64,000 nucleotides of DNA from Planctomycetota bacterium (lineage in GTDB: Bacteria > Planctomycetota > UBA8108 > SXIK01). Where the stretch lies: positions 8,256,001 through 8,320,000 of the forward strand of contig OZ244999.1 in the NCBI GenBank assembly GCA_965223265.1, in the 5' to 3' direction. The notes beneath the pieces are model-generated. The model saw nothing but the letters and a program-made list of their open reading frames with translations, was not told the origin of the DNA and made no database searches. Numbering within the stretch: the first letter of the stretch is position 1; every line of letters begins with the position of its first letter. Positions 39,637 to 48,786 of the stretch are shown here, piece by piece. The translations under genes were made by a program, and so were the position numbers.

Positions 39637-41109
39637 ATGACTCGAGACGTTCACCTGATCGACTCTGGTGATCAGCTTCAGCAGGCGCATGTGGCGCGGC
39701 GTCACTTTCTCACGCGTGCTTCCTCTGGCTTGGGTGCGATCGCGTTGGCGTCTCTCTTGGAACAAGATGGCCTTCTCGCGCGAGCACCGTCGTCACGTCG
39801 TCGGGCCTCAGGCGATCCCGTAGCGCACTTCGCACCGCAGGCCCAGCGCGTCATCTATCTCCACATGTCGGGCGGACCATCGCAGCTGGACACGTTCGAT
39901 CCAAAGCTCCAGCTCCAGAAACTGCACGGAACGGAGCTCCCCAAGTCGGTGCGCGGGAAGCAGCGCGTCACTCTCATGACCCGCAATCAACTTTCCATGT
40001 CGGTGGCCGCTTCGCAGCACGAGTTCGGACGTTTCGGCGCTTCGGGTCAGGTGATGAACGTCCTCTTCAAGGAAATCTCAACGATCGCGGATGAACTTTG
40101 CATCGTCCGCAGTATGCAGACCGAGCCGATCAACCACGATCCCGCCGTGACGTTCCTTCAGACCGGCAGCCCAGTTGCGGGCCGCCCGTGCTTTGGCTCG
40201 TGGGTGAGCTACGGTCTCGGCAGTGACAACCGAGACCTGCCAGAGTTTGTTGTCCTGCTTTCGAATCCCGGCGGACAACCCGTGCCATCGCGCTACTGGC
40301 ACAACGGTTTTCTCCCGAGCCGCTACCAGGGCGTCCAGTTTCAATCGAAGGGAGACCCTGTTCTTTTCCTGTCGAATCCGGCGGGGATGACGCGGGCGAA
40401 CCGTGGCCGCATCGTCGAACGCATTAGCGAGCTCAATCGCCTGCGGCTGGCGCAGGTCGGCGACCCGGAGATCGATGCTCGCATCGACGCGTACCAGCTG
40501 GCCTTTCGCATGCAGCGATCCGTGCCACAGCTTACCGATTTATCGCATGAGAATCCGAAGACGCTCGAGATGTATGGCGTCGAACCGGGAAAACCATCCT
40601 TTGCCGCCAACTGCCTCTTGGCCCGACGTCTCGCCGAGGCGGGCGTCAGGTTCATTCAGCTCTACGATCGCGGCTGGGATCATCATGGGGGCGTCACCAA
40701 GAGCATCGCACGGAAGATCCGCGACGTCGACCGGCCGTGCGCCGCCCTCATCAAGGACCTCAAGCAGCGTGGACTTCTCGACGACACGCTCGTGATCTGG
40801 GGCGGTGAATTCGGCCGCACGACCTACAGCCAAGGTGACGTGCACAACAAGAACTTTGGTCGCGACCACCATCCGCGCTGTTTTTCGATCTGGCTTGCCG
40901 GCGGCGGCATCAAGGGTGGCGTCACGCACGGCGCCACAGATGATTTCGCCTACAACATCGCGCGCGACCGCGTCGAGGTGTTCGACCTCAACGCGACGCT
41001 GCTCCACTGTCTTGGCATGGAACACAAGCGATTGGTCTACAAATTCAAGGGGCGGGATTTCCGTCTCACGGATGTTCACGGTCGCGTTTTGACGGAACTT
41101 CTCGCCTAA
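39637..41109 (+). CDS. DUF1501 protein (Tat signal)
   Basis: [54 protein letters not shown]. Confidence 0.93.
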   Translation: MTRDVHLIDSGDQLQQAHVARRHFLTRASSGLGAIALASLLEQDGLLARAPSSRRRASGDPVAHFAPQAQRVIYLHMSGGPSQLDTFDPKLQLQKLHGTELPKSVRGKQRVTLMTRNQLSMSVAASQHEFGRFGASGQVMNVLFKEISTIADELCIVRSMQTEPINHDPAVTFLQTGSPVAGRPCFGSWVSYGLGSDNRDLPEFVVLLSNPGGQPVPSRYWHNGFLPSRYQGVQFQSKGDPVLFLSNPAGMTRANRGRIVERISELNRLRLAQVGDPEIDARIDAYQLAFRMQRSVPQLTDLSHENPKTLEMYGVEPGKPSFAANCLLARRLAEAGVRFIQLYDRGWDHHGGVTKSIARKIRDVDRPCAALIKDLKQRGLLDDTLVIWGGEFGRTTYSQGDVHNKNFGRDHHPRCFSIWLAGGGIKGGVTHGATDDFAYNIARDRVEVFDLNATLLHCLGMEHKRLVYKFKGRDFRLTDVHGRVLTELLA

Positions 41110-41130
41110 CACATCAGCTAAAGAAAGAAC

Positions 41131-41160
41131 AGACGGTACACAGCGTGTGCCGGCGACCTT
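41131..41160 (-). repeat. Degenerate REP-like copy
   Basis: GACGGTACACAGCGTGTGCCGGCGACCTT, intergenic between DUF1501 and aroE. Confidence 0.55.
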
Positions 41161-41178
41161 GGAGCGTTTACGCACAAC

Positions 41179-42033
41179 ATGAGTCAGAATTTCCTGTCGC
41201 AGCTGACCGGGTCCTTCGCACAGCCGGCAGCCGAGAATCCGACGGTGGCGATGATCGAAGCGGCGTACCGTCACCACGACCTGCCGTGGCGTTATATCAA
41301 CTTCGAAGTCTCGCCGGAGAATCTCGCCGACGCCGTGCGCGGTGCGCGTGCCATGGGATTCGCTGGATTCAACTGCTCGCTGCCGCACAAGGTCGCCGTG
41401 ATCGAGCACCTGGACGGACTGGGGGAGTCCGCGTCGATCATGGGTGCTGTCAACTGCGTCGTGCGCCGGGACGGAAGATACATCGGCGAGAACACCGACG
41501 GGAAAGGATTCGTTCAGTCTCTGCGGGAAGCGATTGACCCCCAAGGTCGAAGTGTCGTCCTGTTCGGCGCGGGCGGTGCTGCGCGCGCCATCGGCGTCGA
41601 GGTGGCGCTCGCCGGTGCCAACAAGATCACCGTCGTCAATCGGAGCCGCGGCCGCGGCGAAGAGCTCGCGCAGCTGATCGAGGGGAAGACGCCAGCGACC
41701 GCCGACTTTGTTGAATGGCGCGGCGACTATGTTGTTCCGGCATCGACGGATATCGTCGTCAACTCGACATCGATCGGGCTCTTCCCCGATGTCGATGCGC
41801 ACCTGGCGCTCGATGTTGAAAGTTTGGCCGCGTCGATGGTCGTCGCGGACGTGATTCCGAATCCGCTGACGACGCATCTTATGCGAGACGCCGGATCTCG
41901 CGGTTGTACCGTGATCGACGGCCTGGGTATGCTGGTGAATCAAGGCGTCATCAGCATCAAGTATTGGACGGGCGTCGACGTCGAAGCGGCCGTCATGCGG
42001 GACGCCATTGTGAAGGTTTTCAGTTCGTCATGA
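41179..42033 (+). CDS. aroE: Shikimate dehydrogenase family protein
   Basis: GFNCSLPHK, GAVNC, GENTDGKGF, GAGGAARAI, VNRS, DGLGMLVNQG. Confidence 0.88.
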   Translation: MSQNFLSQLTGSFAQPAAENPTVAMIEAAYRHHDLPWRYINFEVSPENLADAVRGARAMGFAGFNCSLPHKVAVIEHLDGLGESASIMGAVNCVVRRDGRYIGENTDGKGFVQSLREAIDPQGRSVVLFGAGGAARAIGVEVALAGANKITVVNRSRGRGEELAQLIEGKTPATADFVEWRGDYVVPASTDIVVNSTSIGLFPDVDAHLALDVESLAASMVVADVIPNPLTTHLMRDAGSRGCTVIDGLGMLVNQGVISIKYWTGVDVEAAVMRDAIVKVFSSS

Positions 42034-45000
42034 CTCTTCCCCAACGCTACAACACAATGACGGCACACCAGCTACCGACCATCGTCGGCTGGCGAACTGT
42101 TCGCATATTCGTTTGCGTTCTCCTTGCCGCTGTCGCCGTCGCTGAATGTTCGCTCATGGCTGAAGATGGCGATGAGAGCGCAGAGCGGTTCTTCGAGAAT
42201 GAAGTCAGACCGCTTCTCTCCCGCGCCTGCTTCGAGTGCCACGGTCCGAAGAAGCAGGAGTCTGGCTTGCGCCTCGACGCGCGCGCTGCGCTTTTGCGCG
42301 GCGGTCAGAGTGGCATGCCTTCGATCGTCCCTGGGCGACCGAGCGAGAGTCTTCTGGTGCAGGCGGTCGAATACAGCGGCGACCTGCAAATGCCTCCCGA
42401 TGGTCAGCTGACCGCGAAAGAGATCGCGGTGCTGCGGCGCTGGGTTGAGATGGGATCACCGTGGGGTGCGGGCGAGACCGAGCAGCTTCGCATCCGCAGC
42501 GGTGAGATCACGGACGCCGAGCGGAGCTTCTGGTCTCTCCAGCCCATCGAGTCCCCCGCCGTGCCGTCGGTTCGCAGCGTCTCTTGGCCCCGCACAACCG
42601 TAGACCGCTTCGTGCTGCGGCGCTTGGAGGAAGCAGGCGTGAAGCCCGTGGCGGCGGCGGACAAACGGACGCTGATCCGTCGGGCCACCTTCGATCTAAC
42701 TGGACTGCCGCCGACCCCGAGCGAGGTCGAGGCGTTTCTTCGCGACTCTTCGGCAGAGGCCTTCGAGACCGTCGTCGAACGGCTGCTCGCCTCGAAAGCG
42801 TATGGCGAGCGCTGGGGGCGCCACTGGCTGGACGTCGTTCGCTATGCCGACACCGCGGGAGAAACGTCTGACTATCCTCTGCCGCAAGCCTTCCGCTACC
42901 GCAACTACGTGATCCACGCATTCAACATCGACAAGCCCTACGATGACTTCATTCGCGAGCAAGTTGCGGGGGACCTCCTGGCCGCGGAGATCGAACATGA
43001 CGTTGGCCGAAGCGAGGAGTACGCGGCACGCCGCACTGCGACCGGGTTTCTCGCGCTCTCGAAGCGATTCGGTTACGATTCCGAAAAATATCACTATCTG
43101 ACTCTTCAAGACACGATCGACACACTTGGTCAAGCCGTGCTCGGTCTGTCCCTCGGCTGCGCCCGCTGTCACGACCACAAGTTCGATCCCGTGTCGATGC
43201 GGGACTATTACGGGCTCTACGGCATCTTCGCGAGCAGCCGTTACTCGTTTGCCGGCTCAGAAGAGAAGAAGAACCGTCGCTCCTATCTGCCGCTCGTCCC
43301 TCCGGCTGCGGCGTTCAACAGACGTCAGGCGTTTGAGTCGCGGGTGGCGTTCCTTGAGAACGAGCTGAGGTCACTGGGGATTGCGAAACTTCGGCCCTTC
43401 GTTCTCGGGTCTCTTGACGACGCCGATGGTGACTTCGAACTTCAAGGCGAGGCGCGCGGTGGTAGCTACGGCGTCCTCGTCGATCCTTGGCGCTCGCTTG
43501 GCCGGCCGCAGATCGAACTTGGGTCACAGAGCCCGTTCACGAACGTCTATCGCTACGGGCGTATGGGGCTCAAGATGCCCGCTGGCGACGGCGGCGCTGA
43601 TGACGAGCACGCCGTCTGGCAGCGGCTTCGCATGGCGCCCGATGTGCAGCGTTCTTCGGAGCTGGTCATGAACCTTGACCTGCGCCTCACCCATGAGGAC
43701 GGCGACGCTCCGGGCGGTTTTCGCATCATGCTTGGAAGTCACGCATCGGGAGCGGCGGCGCTCGAGCTCTTTGTCGGTGGAGTGGATGGCGAGCATGGAC
43801 GCCTTGTGGCGCGCGCCGGCGACGACCCACGAGATGCGGGCGGAGCCGACGGCGCCGATCCGATCCGCGTCGATGTCGACCGGTGGTACAACTTGCAGCT
43901 GAAGCTTGACTTCAAAGCGCGCCGCGCTGACGTGATGGCTAGTGTGCTCGAGGAAGGGATCGTGGCGGGGCAGCGCCGGTCGTTCGAGGTTGATTGGGAA
44001 GGAGCGATCGACACGATTCGTGTCGACGCCGCTGCCGCGGTCGCAGGTGCGCGTCCAGCGCTGGAGCTCGACAACTTCGCCCTGCGCCGGCGCGAGCTCG
44101 CGCCGGCGTCGGAGAAGACAGTGTTCGTCGCACCAGCGGCGCCATCGGTTGGAGTCGGCGACGATCGAGCGGCGACCGAAAGTGAAACCGAAAAGAAGCG
44201 CCAAGAGAAGTTGATTCGGCAGCACAAAGACGAGCTTTATGCTTTGATCGAACGCGGTCCGTATGGCCAGGCCTACGGCATCGCCGAAGGGTTTCCGCAC
44301 GACGCGGCGATTCAGATGCGCGGCGAGCCTGATCGCCGTGGCCGAGTCGTCGGCCGTCGCTGGCTCGAGATCTTGGGGGGCGATGCGATCCGTTCACCTG
44401 CCGAGACGAGCGGCAGGGCGGACCTTGCGATCTGGTTGACGCGGCCGGAGAATCCACTCACCGCCCGCGTCATGGTCAACCGCATCTGGCAGCACCACTT
44501 CGGTGACGGACTCGTCGCGACGGAGAGTGACTTTGGTCAGCGAGGCGCGCCGCCGACGCACCCGCAGCTGCTTGACCACTTGGCGAGCGAGTTCATGCGA
44601 GTCGGCTGGTCGATCAAGGCGATGCATCGCCTGATCATGAACTCTCAGACCTATCAACTCGCGAGCACGCAGGTGGAGGCGAACGTCGCGAAGGATCCTG
44701 ACGTTCGCCTGCTGTGGCGTTTTCGTTCCCGTCGACTCGACGCCGAGTCGATCCGCGATTCGATGCTGGGTCTTAGCGGCCGTCTGGATCGGTCGACCGC
44801 TGGGCCCCACCCGTTTCCCATGATGGCGAAGAAGTTCTATTCGCAGCATGGGCCGTTTCGTGGCGACTACGAGACCCAGCGCCGTAGCGTCTATCTGATG
44901 ACGCAGCGTACGAAACGCCACCCGTTCTTGTCGCTCTTCGACGGCGCCGACCCTGGAGCTCCCACTCCCAAGCGCACAACGACCATTGTCCCGACGCAAT

Positions 45001-45287
45001 CGCTTTTCCTTCTCAACGACCCGTTCGTCCACGAGAGCGCCGCAGGGTTCGCGACTCGCGTGTTCGAAGCCGAGAGCGATTCGGGGCGGCGCGTTCAGCT
45101 GGCCTACGCGATGGCGCTTGGGCGACCCGCCAGCGCTGACGAAATCGAATCCGTACAGCGTTTTCTCGCTTCCTATCGCGGACAACTGGTGGCGTTCTCG
45201 CCCGACAGCCGCGATCATGATCGGGACGCGTTCGCTGCCTTCACGCGCACGCTCTTCTGTCGCAACGAGTTTCTTTTTGTCGAGTAG
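42030..45287 (+). CDS. Planctomycete cytochrome c / DUF1549 / DUF1553 protein
   Basis: FFENEVRPLL..ACFECHG, YGERWGRHWLDVVRYADT, CARCHDHKFDP, ARVMVNRIWQHHFG, NEFLFVE. ATGA overlap with the aroE stop at 42030-42033. Confidence 0.92.
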   Translation: MTLPQRYNTMTAHQLPTIVGWRTVRIFVCVLLAAVAVAECSLMAEDGDESAERFFENEVRPLLSRACFECHGPKKQESGLRLDARAALLRGGQSGMPSIVPGRPSESLLVQAVEYSGDLQMPPDGQLTAKEIAVLRRWVEMGSPWGAGETEQLRIRSGEITDAERSFWSLQPIESPAVPSVRSVSWPRTTVDRFVLRRLEEAGVKPVAAADKRTLIRRATFDLTGLPPTPSEVEAFLRDSSAEAFETVVERLLASKAYGERWGRHWLDVVRYADTAGETSDYPLPQAFRYRNYVIHAFNIDKPYDDFIREQVAGDLLAAEIEHDVGRSEEYAARRTATGFLALSKRFGYDSEKYHYLTLQDTIDTLGQAVLGLSLGCARCHDHKFDPVSMRDYYGLYGIFASSRYSFAGSEEKKNRRSYLPLVPPAAAFNRRQAFESRVAFLENELRSLGIAKLRPFVLGSLDDADGDFELQGEARGGSYGVLVDPWRSLGRPQIELGSQSPFTNVYRYGRMGLKMPAGDGGADDEHAVWQRLRMAPDVQRSSELVMNLDLRLTHEDGDAPGGFRIMLGSHASGAAALELFVGGVDGEHGRLVARAGDDPRDAGGADGADPIRVDVDRWYNLQLKLDFKARRADVMASVLEEGIVAGQRRSFEVDWEGAIDTIRVDAAAAVAGARPALELDNFALRRRELAPASEKTVFVAPAAPSVGVGDDRAATESETEKKRQEKLIRQHKDELYALIERGPYGQAYGIAEGFPHDAAIQMRGEPDRRGRVVGRRWLEILGGDAIRSPAETSGRADLAIWLTRPENPLTARVMVNRIWQHHFGDGLVATESDFGQRGAPPTHPQLLDHLASEFMRVGWSIKAMHRLIMNSQTYQLASTQVEANVAKDPDVRLLWRFRSRRLDAESIRDSMLGLSGRLDRSTAGPHPFPMMAKKFYSQHGPFRGDYETQRRSVYLMTQRTKRHPFLSLFDGADPGAPTPKRTTTIVPTQSLFLLNDPFVHESAAGFATRVFEAESDSGRRVQLAYAMALGRPASADEIESVQRFLASYRGQLVAFSPDSRDHDRDAFAAFTRTLFCRNEFLFVE

Positions 45288-45300
45288 TCCTTTAATAGCT

Positions 45301-46776
45301 ATGCCGCGATCAGAAACAAAAGACCGAACGCTTTCAGGTGCTGCGCAGCACCCGAACTTCGTTTACGCCAACCGTCGTCAAATGCTCCAGAGCTTTGCCG
45401 GTGGCGTCGGTGCTCTCGCCCTCCGGGGTATGCTCTCCGATCTCGACGCTGGAGAGACGCGAGCGAACGAAGGTGCAGACCGTGCGATCGATCCGTTGGC
45501 ACCGAAGACGACGCACCGAGTGGCGCGCGCGAAGCGTGTCATTTTCTTGTGGATGACCGGTGGCGTGTCGCACGTCGAGTCGTTTGACCCGAAGCCGAAA
45601 CTTGCGCGCGACCATGGTAAGCCAGTCCCGATCGATAACTGGCAGGGACGCCTTGGTACGTTCCGACCGTTTCTGAAGGGGCCTCACTTTGGCTTTCAGC
45701 GTGGCGGAGAGAGTGGCATTCCCGTCAGTGATCTCTTTCCACATGTGCGACGCGTCGTCGACGATCTGTGTGTGATTCGTTCGATGTCGACTGATCACAC
45801 CAATCACTTTGAGAGCACACTCGGGATGCATACCGGGTCGTTCTCATTTGCCAGGCCGAGCCTTGGTGCCTGGGTGAGCTACGGGCTCGGCACCGAGAAC
45901 CGAAACTTGCCTTCGTTTGTCGTCGTCGCACCGAAGGCGCCCTACGCGGGCAACCACGCTTGGGGTGCTGATTTTCTGCCCGGTTGCCATCAGGGCACGC
46001 GGGTTGTCCCAGGCGACGTGCCGATCGCCAACATTCAGCGCCGAACGGCCTCGAGGTTGCAGCAACTCGAGCTCGGGCTGTTGGGCCAGGCCAACGCACA
46101 GCATCGGAGTGAGCGCCCTGGCGAGGCAGCGCTCGAAGCGCAGATCCGCGCCTTTGAGACCGCGTTCGGCATGCAGATCGCCGCTCCCGAGGCGTTCGAT
46201 ATCTCGCGCGAGACCGACGCGACGCTGGGGCTCTACGGACTGGAGCGCGGGCAAACGAGCGGCTACGGCTGGCAGTGTCTCGTCGGCCGGCGGCTGATCG
46301 AGCGCGGTGTTCGTTTCGTCGAGCTCGTCGACTTTGGCAGCTCCGGCGGCAACTGGGATTCCCACGGAGATATGCAAGGTCACGTGCCGAAGGCGCGCTA
46401 CGTCGATCAAGCCATCGCCGGTCTCATCGCCGACCTCAAGGCACGGGGACTCCTGGACGAAACACTTGTGGTTTGGACGACTGAGTTTGGTCGCACACCG
46501 TACAACATGGTGAAGAACCACAAGGGCCGGGAGCATCATCACCAGTGCTTCTCCTCGTGGCTCGCCGGCGGCGGCGTCAAGCCAGGCATCACGTACGGCG
46601 CCACCGACGAGTACGGCATCGATGTCGCGGAGAAGAAGGTGCACGTGCACGATTTCCACGCGACGCTCCTTCACCTCCTCGGTCTCGACCATGAGAGGTT
46701 GACCTACCGCCACGCCGGGCGCGACTTCCGTCTGACCGACGTCTATGGCAAGGTCGTCAAGGACATCCTCGCCTGA
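45301..46776 (+). CDS. DUF1501 protein (Tat signal)
   Basis: [52 protein letters not shown]. Confidence 0.93.
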   Translation: MPRSETKDRTLSGAAQHPNFVYANRRQMLQSFAGGVGALALRGMLSDLDAGETRANEGADRAIDPLAPKTTHRVARAKRVIFLWMTGGVSHVESFDPKPKLARDHGKPVPIDNWQGRLGTFRPFLKGPHFGFQRGGESGIPVSDLFPHVRRVVDDLCVIRSMSTDHTNHFESTLGMHTGSFSFARPSLGAWVSYGLGTENRNLPSFVVVAPKAPYAGNHAWGADFLPGCHQGTRVVPGDVPIANIQRRTASRLQQLELGLLGQANAQHRSERPGEAALEAQIRAFETAFGMQIAAPEAFDISRETDATLGLYGLERGQTSGYGWQCLVGRRLIERGVRFVELVDFGSSGGNWDSHGDMQGHVPKARYVDQAIAGLIADLKARGLLDETLVVWTTEFGRTPYNMVKNHKGREHHHQCFSSWLAGGGVKPGITYGATDEYGIDVAEKKVHVHDFHATLLHLLGLDHERLTYRHAGRDFRLTDVYGKVVKDILA

Positions 46777-46787
46777 CCTCGAGTTCG

Positions 46788-47102
46788 GAGACAGAAGCAG
46801 AGACAGAAGCAGAGACAGAAGCAGAGACAGAAGCAGAGACAGAAGCAGAGACAGAAGCAGAGACAGAAGCAGAGACAGAAGCAGAGACAGAAGCAGAGAC
46901 AGAAGCAGAGACAGAAGCAGAGACAGAAGCAGAGACAGAAGCAGAGACAGAAGCAGAGACAGAAGCAGAGACAGAAGCAGAGACAGAAGCAGAGACAGAA
47001 GCAGAGACAGAAGCAGAGACAGAAGCAGAGACAGAAGCAGAGACAGAAGCAGAGACAGAAGCAGAGACAGAAGCAGAGACAGAAGCAGAGACAGAAGCAG
47101 AG
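46788..47102 (+). repeat. Perfect 12-bp tandem array (GAGACAGAAGCA)x26
   Basis: Read directly; starts 12 bp after the DUF1501 stop. Confidence 0.97.
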
Positions 47103-47136
47103 CAGCAGAGAAGAGGTGTGCCGCCAAGGGGCGTTT

Positions 47137-47310
47137 GCGGCGGCGGTATTGTCGAGCGTAACCGAAGCAGAGCCGGCCTCAAGGGTGCCCTCGCTGCGCT
47201 CGGCGCTTCGCGCCCTTGACCCCGACTCTGCTTCCGTTGGCGGGGGTGAAACGCCGCCGCGTCGGGCGTGCGGCGAGAGTTTCACTCAACCGGTTGACCG
47301 GAGTCTTCTC
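47137..47310 (+). ncRNA. Conserved structured non-coding leader, copy 1 (RNA or ssDNA, unknown family)
   Basis: Nested stems 47137-47145/47252-47260 and 47160-47185/47213-47238. The 42-nt core 47179-47220 is shared with copy 2 (1 mismatch). Functional strand uncertain. Confidence 0.6.
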
Positions 47311-47634
47311 ATGGGCTTTCTCGCTTTGGATCACTCTGTTGGCATCGTTCGTCAGTTGCGTCCGCTTGTCTCGCGTGTGCGTCGTCACGACTCGAAGCTT
47401 GCCGCTCAGCTGCGCGACGCGGGGTCCTCCGTGGCGCTGAATTTGGGCGAGGGCAATCGGCGCTCTGGTCGTGACCGCGGGCATCTCTGGCGTGTTGCTT
47501 CAGGCAGTGCCGAAGAGGTGCGTACGGCGCTCCGTGTTGCTGAGGCTTGGGGCTACGTCGATGCGCAGGAGACAGCTCCGGTGCTTGCGGACATCGACGA
47601 GCTGCAGGCGATGCTTTGGAAGCTGACGCGCTGA
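47311..47634 (+). CDS. Four-helix-bundle protein (23S rRNA-IVP / Avd-like), 107 aa
   Basis: GGAG RBS; LAAQLRDAGSSVALNLGEG...RVASGSAEEV..AL..A..WGY matches the QlrrAa.Si..NiaEG...a.GS..E family motif. Confidence 0.88.
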   Translation: MGFLALDHSVGIVRQLRPLVSRVRRHDSKLAAQLRDAGSSVALNLGEGNRRSGRDRGHLWRVASGSAEEVRTALRVAEAWGYVDAQETAPVLADIDELQAMLWKLTR

Positions 47635-47649
47635 GGTTGCGGTCTTGGG

Positions 47650-47677
47650 CCCGCCGTGCCTTTTTTGGCGCGGCGGG
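47650..47677 (+). terminator. GC-rich hairpin just downstream of four-helix gene 1
   Basis: CCCGCCGTGCC-TTTTTT-GGCGCGGCGGG followed by TTT. Confidence 0.45.
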
Positions 47678-47691
47678 TTTGAGGCGGGGGA

Positions 47692-48057
47692 GAGGCAGAA
47701 CCGGAGTCAGAGACAGACCCGACAGTTGCATAAGTTTTCGCAGGAAGGGCTCAGAAACCCTTTCCCTGAGGTTCGATCGGCAGTTGAGGGACGTCGTGGC
47801 GGACCTCACGTTTGGTGCCGTGTTCCCCTCGCCCACGCACACCCACACGCAGACGTACACGCAAACTCTCACTCAATCGCAATCGCGCACGGTCTTAAGG
47901 CGCGTCTCTTTTGCAACGTTGGGGACAGAGACGGAATCAGAGACGGATGACGGATAGAGATACAGAACCAGATGACAGAGTCAGCGACAGACACAGATAC
48001 AGATGCAGAGCCAGAGACGGACTCGGATGACGGAGACAGGGCCAGATACAGAAGTCG
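47692..48057 (+). repeat. Degenerate hexamer-periodic tracts between the two four-helix genes
   Basis: 47692-47721 GAGGCA GAACCG GAGTCA GAGACA GACCCG; 47826-47891 CCCACG CACACC CACACG CAGACG TACACG CAAACT...; 47922-48057 GAGACG GAATCA...GACACA GATACA GATGCA GAGCCA GAGACG GACTCG. Confidence 0.7.
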
Positions 48058-48071
48058 CAGGCGCCGTGAGC

Positions 48072-48099
48072 AGCGCCCGCTACGAAAGTAGCGGGCGCT
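48072..48099 (-). terminator. Perfect 12-bp hairpin just downstream of four-helix gene 2
   Basis: AGCGCCCGCTAC-GAAA-GTAGCGGGCGCT; no U-tract. Confidence 0.45.
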
Positions 48100-48111
48100 T
48101 GGGCGCCTCGC

Positions 48112-48435
48112 TCAGCGCGTGAGTCCGCTGAGAAGAGCTAGGAGTCGATCGAGGGTCTGGAGAGGCACTGAGACTTCTTCGGCCTTGAGATCGCCCCAGG
48201 CCACCGAGAGCTGCAGGGCAGTCTCGACTTCCCGGGCACTGCCGCGGGCAACGCGATAGAGGTGCAGCCGATCCTTTCCAGCGCGCTCGGCACCCTCCGA
48301 GAGATTGAGCGCGACGGAAGAAGCAGCCCGCCGAATCTGCCGATGGAGATCGGGATCAAGCCTCCGAAGCCGCAGCAATGGAGCCCGCAAGTCGCGAATC
48401 AAACCGAGACTGACATCAAGAGCGATGAAGCGCAT
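48112..48435 (-). CDS. Four-helix-bundle protein (23S rRNA-IVP / Avd-like), 107 aa
   Basis: GGAGG RBS; LHRQIRRAASSVALNLSEG...RVARGSAREV..AL....AWG. Ungapped hand alignment to gene 1 gives 57/107 identities. Confidence 0.88.
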   Translation of the reverse strand: MRFIALDVSLGLIRDLRAPLLRLRRLDPDLHRQIRRAASSVALNLSEGAERAGKDRLHLYRVARGSAREVETALQLSVAWGDLKAEEVSVPLQTLDRLLALLSGLTR

Positions 48436-48603
48436 GGGAGACCTCCGCAGAACGTAGAGTGAACAGCTCCGCCGCATCCGGGCGGCGGTACTCCACCCCC
48501 CGACGCGGAGCGGAGTGGGTGTCAAGGGCGCGCAGCGCCGAGCGCAGCGAGGGCACCCTTGACGCCCGCGAGCACCGCGTACGCTCGACAAGACCGCCGC
48601 CGT
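48436..48603 (-). ncRNA. Conserved structured non-coding leader, copy 2
   Basis: Reverse complement aligns with 47137-47310: 22-nt block 48580-48601 and 42-nt block 48521-48562 each with 1 mismatch; the stems are preserved with different arm sequence. Confidence 0.6.
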
Positions 48604-48616
48604 ACGGTGACCCCAA

Positions 48617-48755
48617 CCCACACGGCCTCCCACACGGCCTCCCACACGGCCTCCCACACGGCCTCCCACACGGCCTCCCACACGGCCTCCCACACGGCCT
48701 CCCACACGGCCTCCCACACGGCCTCCCACACGGCCTCCCACACGGCCTCCCACAC
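48617..48755 (+). repeat. Perfect 12-bp tandem array (CCCACACGGCCT)x11
   Basis: Read directly; begins about 14 bp from the 5' end of leader 2. Confidence 0.97.
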
Positions 48756-48786
48756 CCACGGGAACGGCCGACGCGCACGCCGACAA

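Noticed and set aside
45844-47285. Low-complexity ORFs (LLSL, DRSR, SASV, CFCL repeats)
   Set aside because: They are translations of the stop-free 12-bp array in several frames, with no RBS or domain support.
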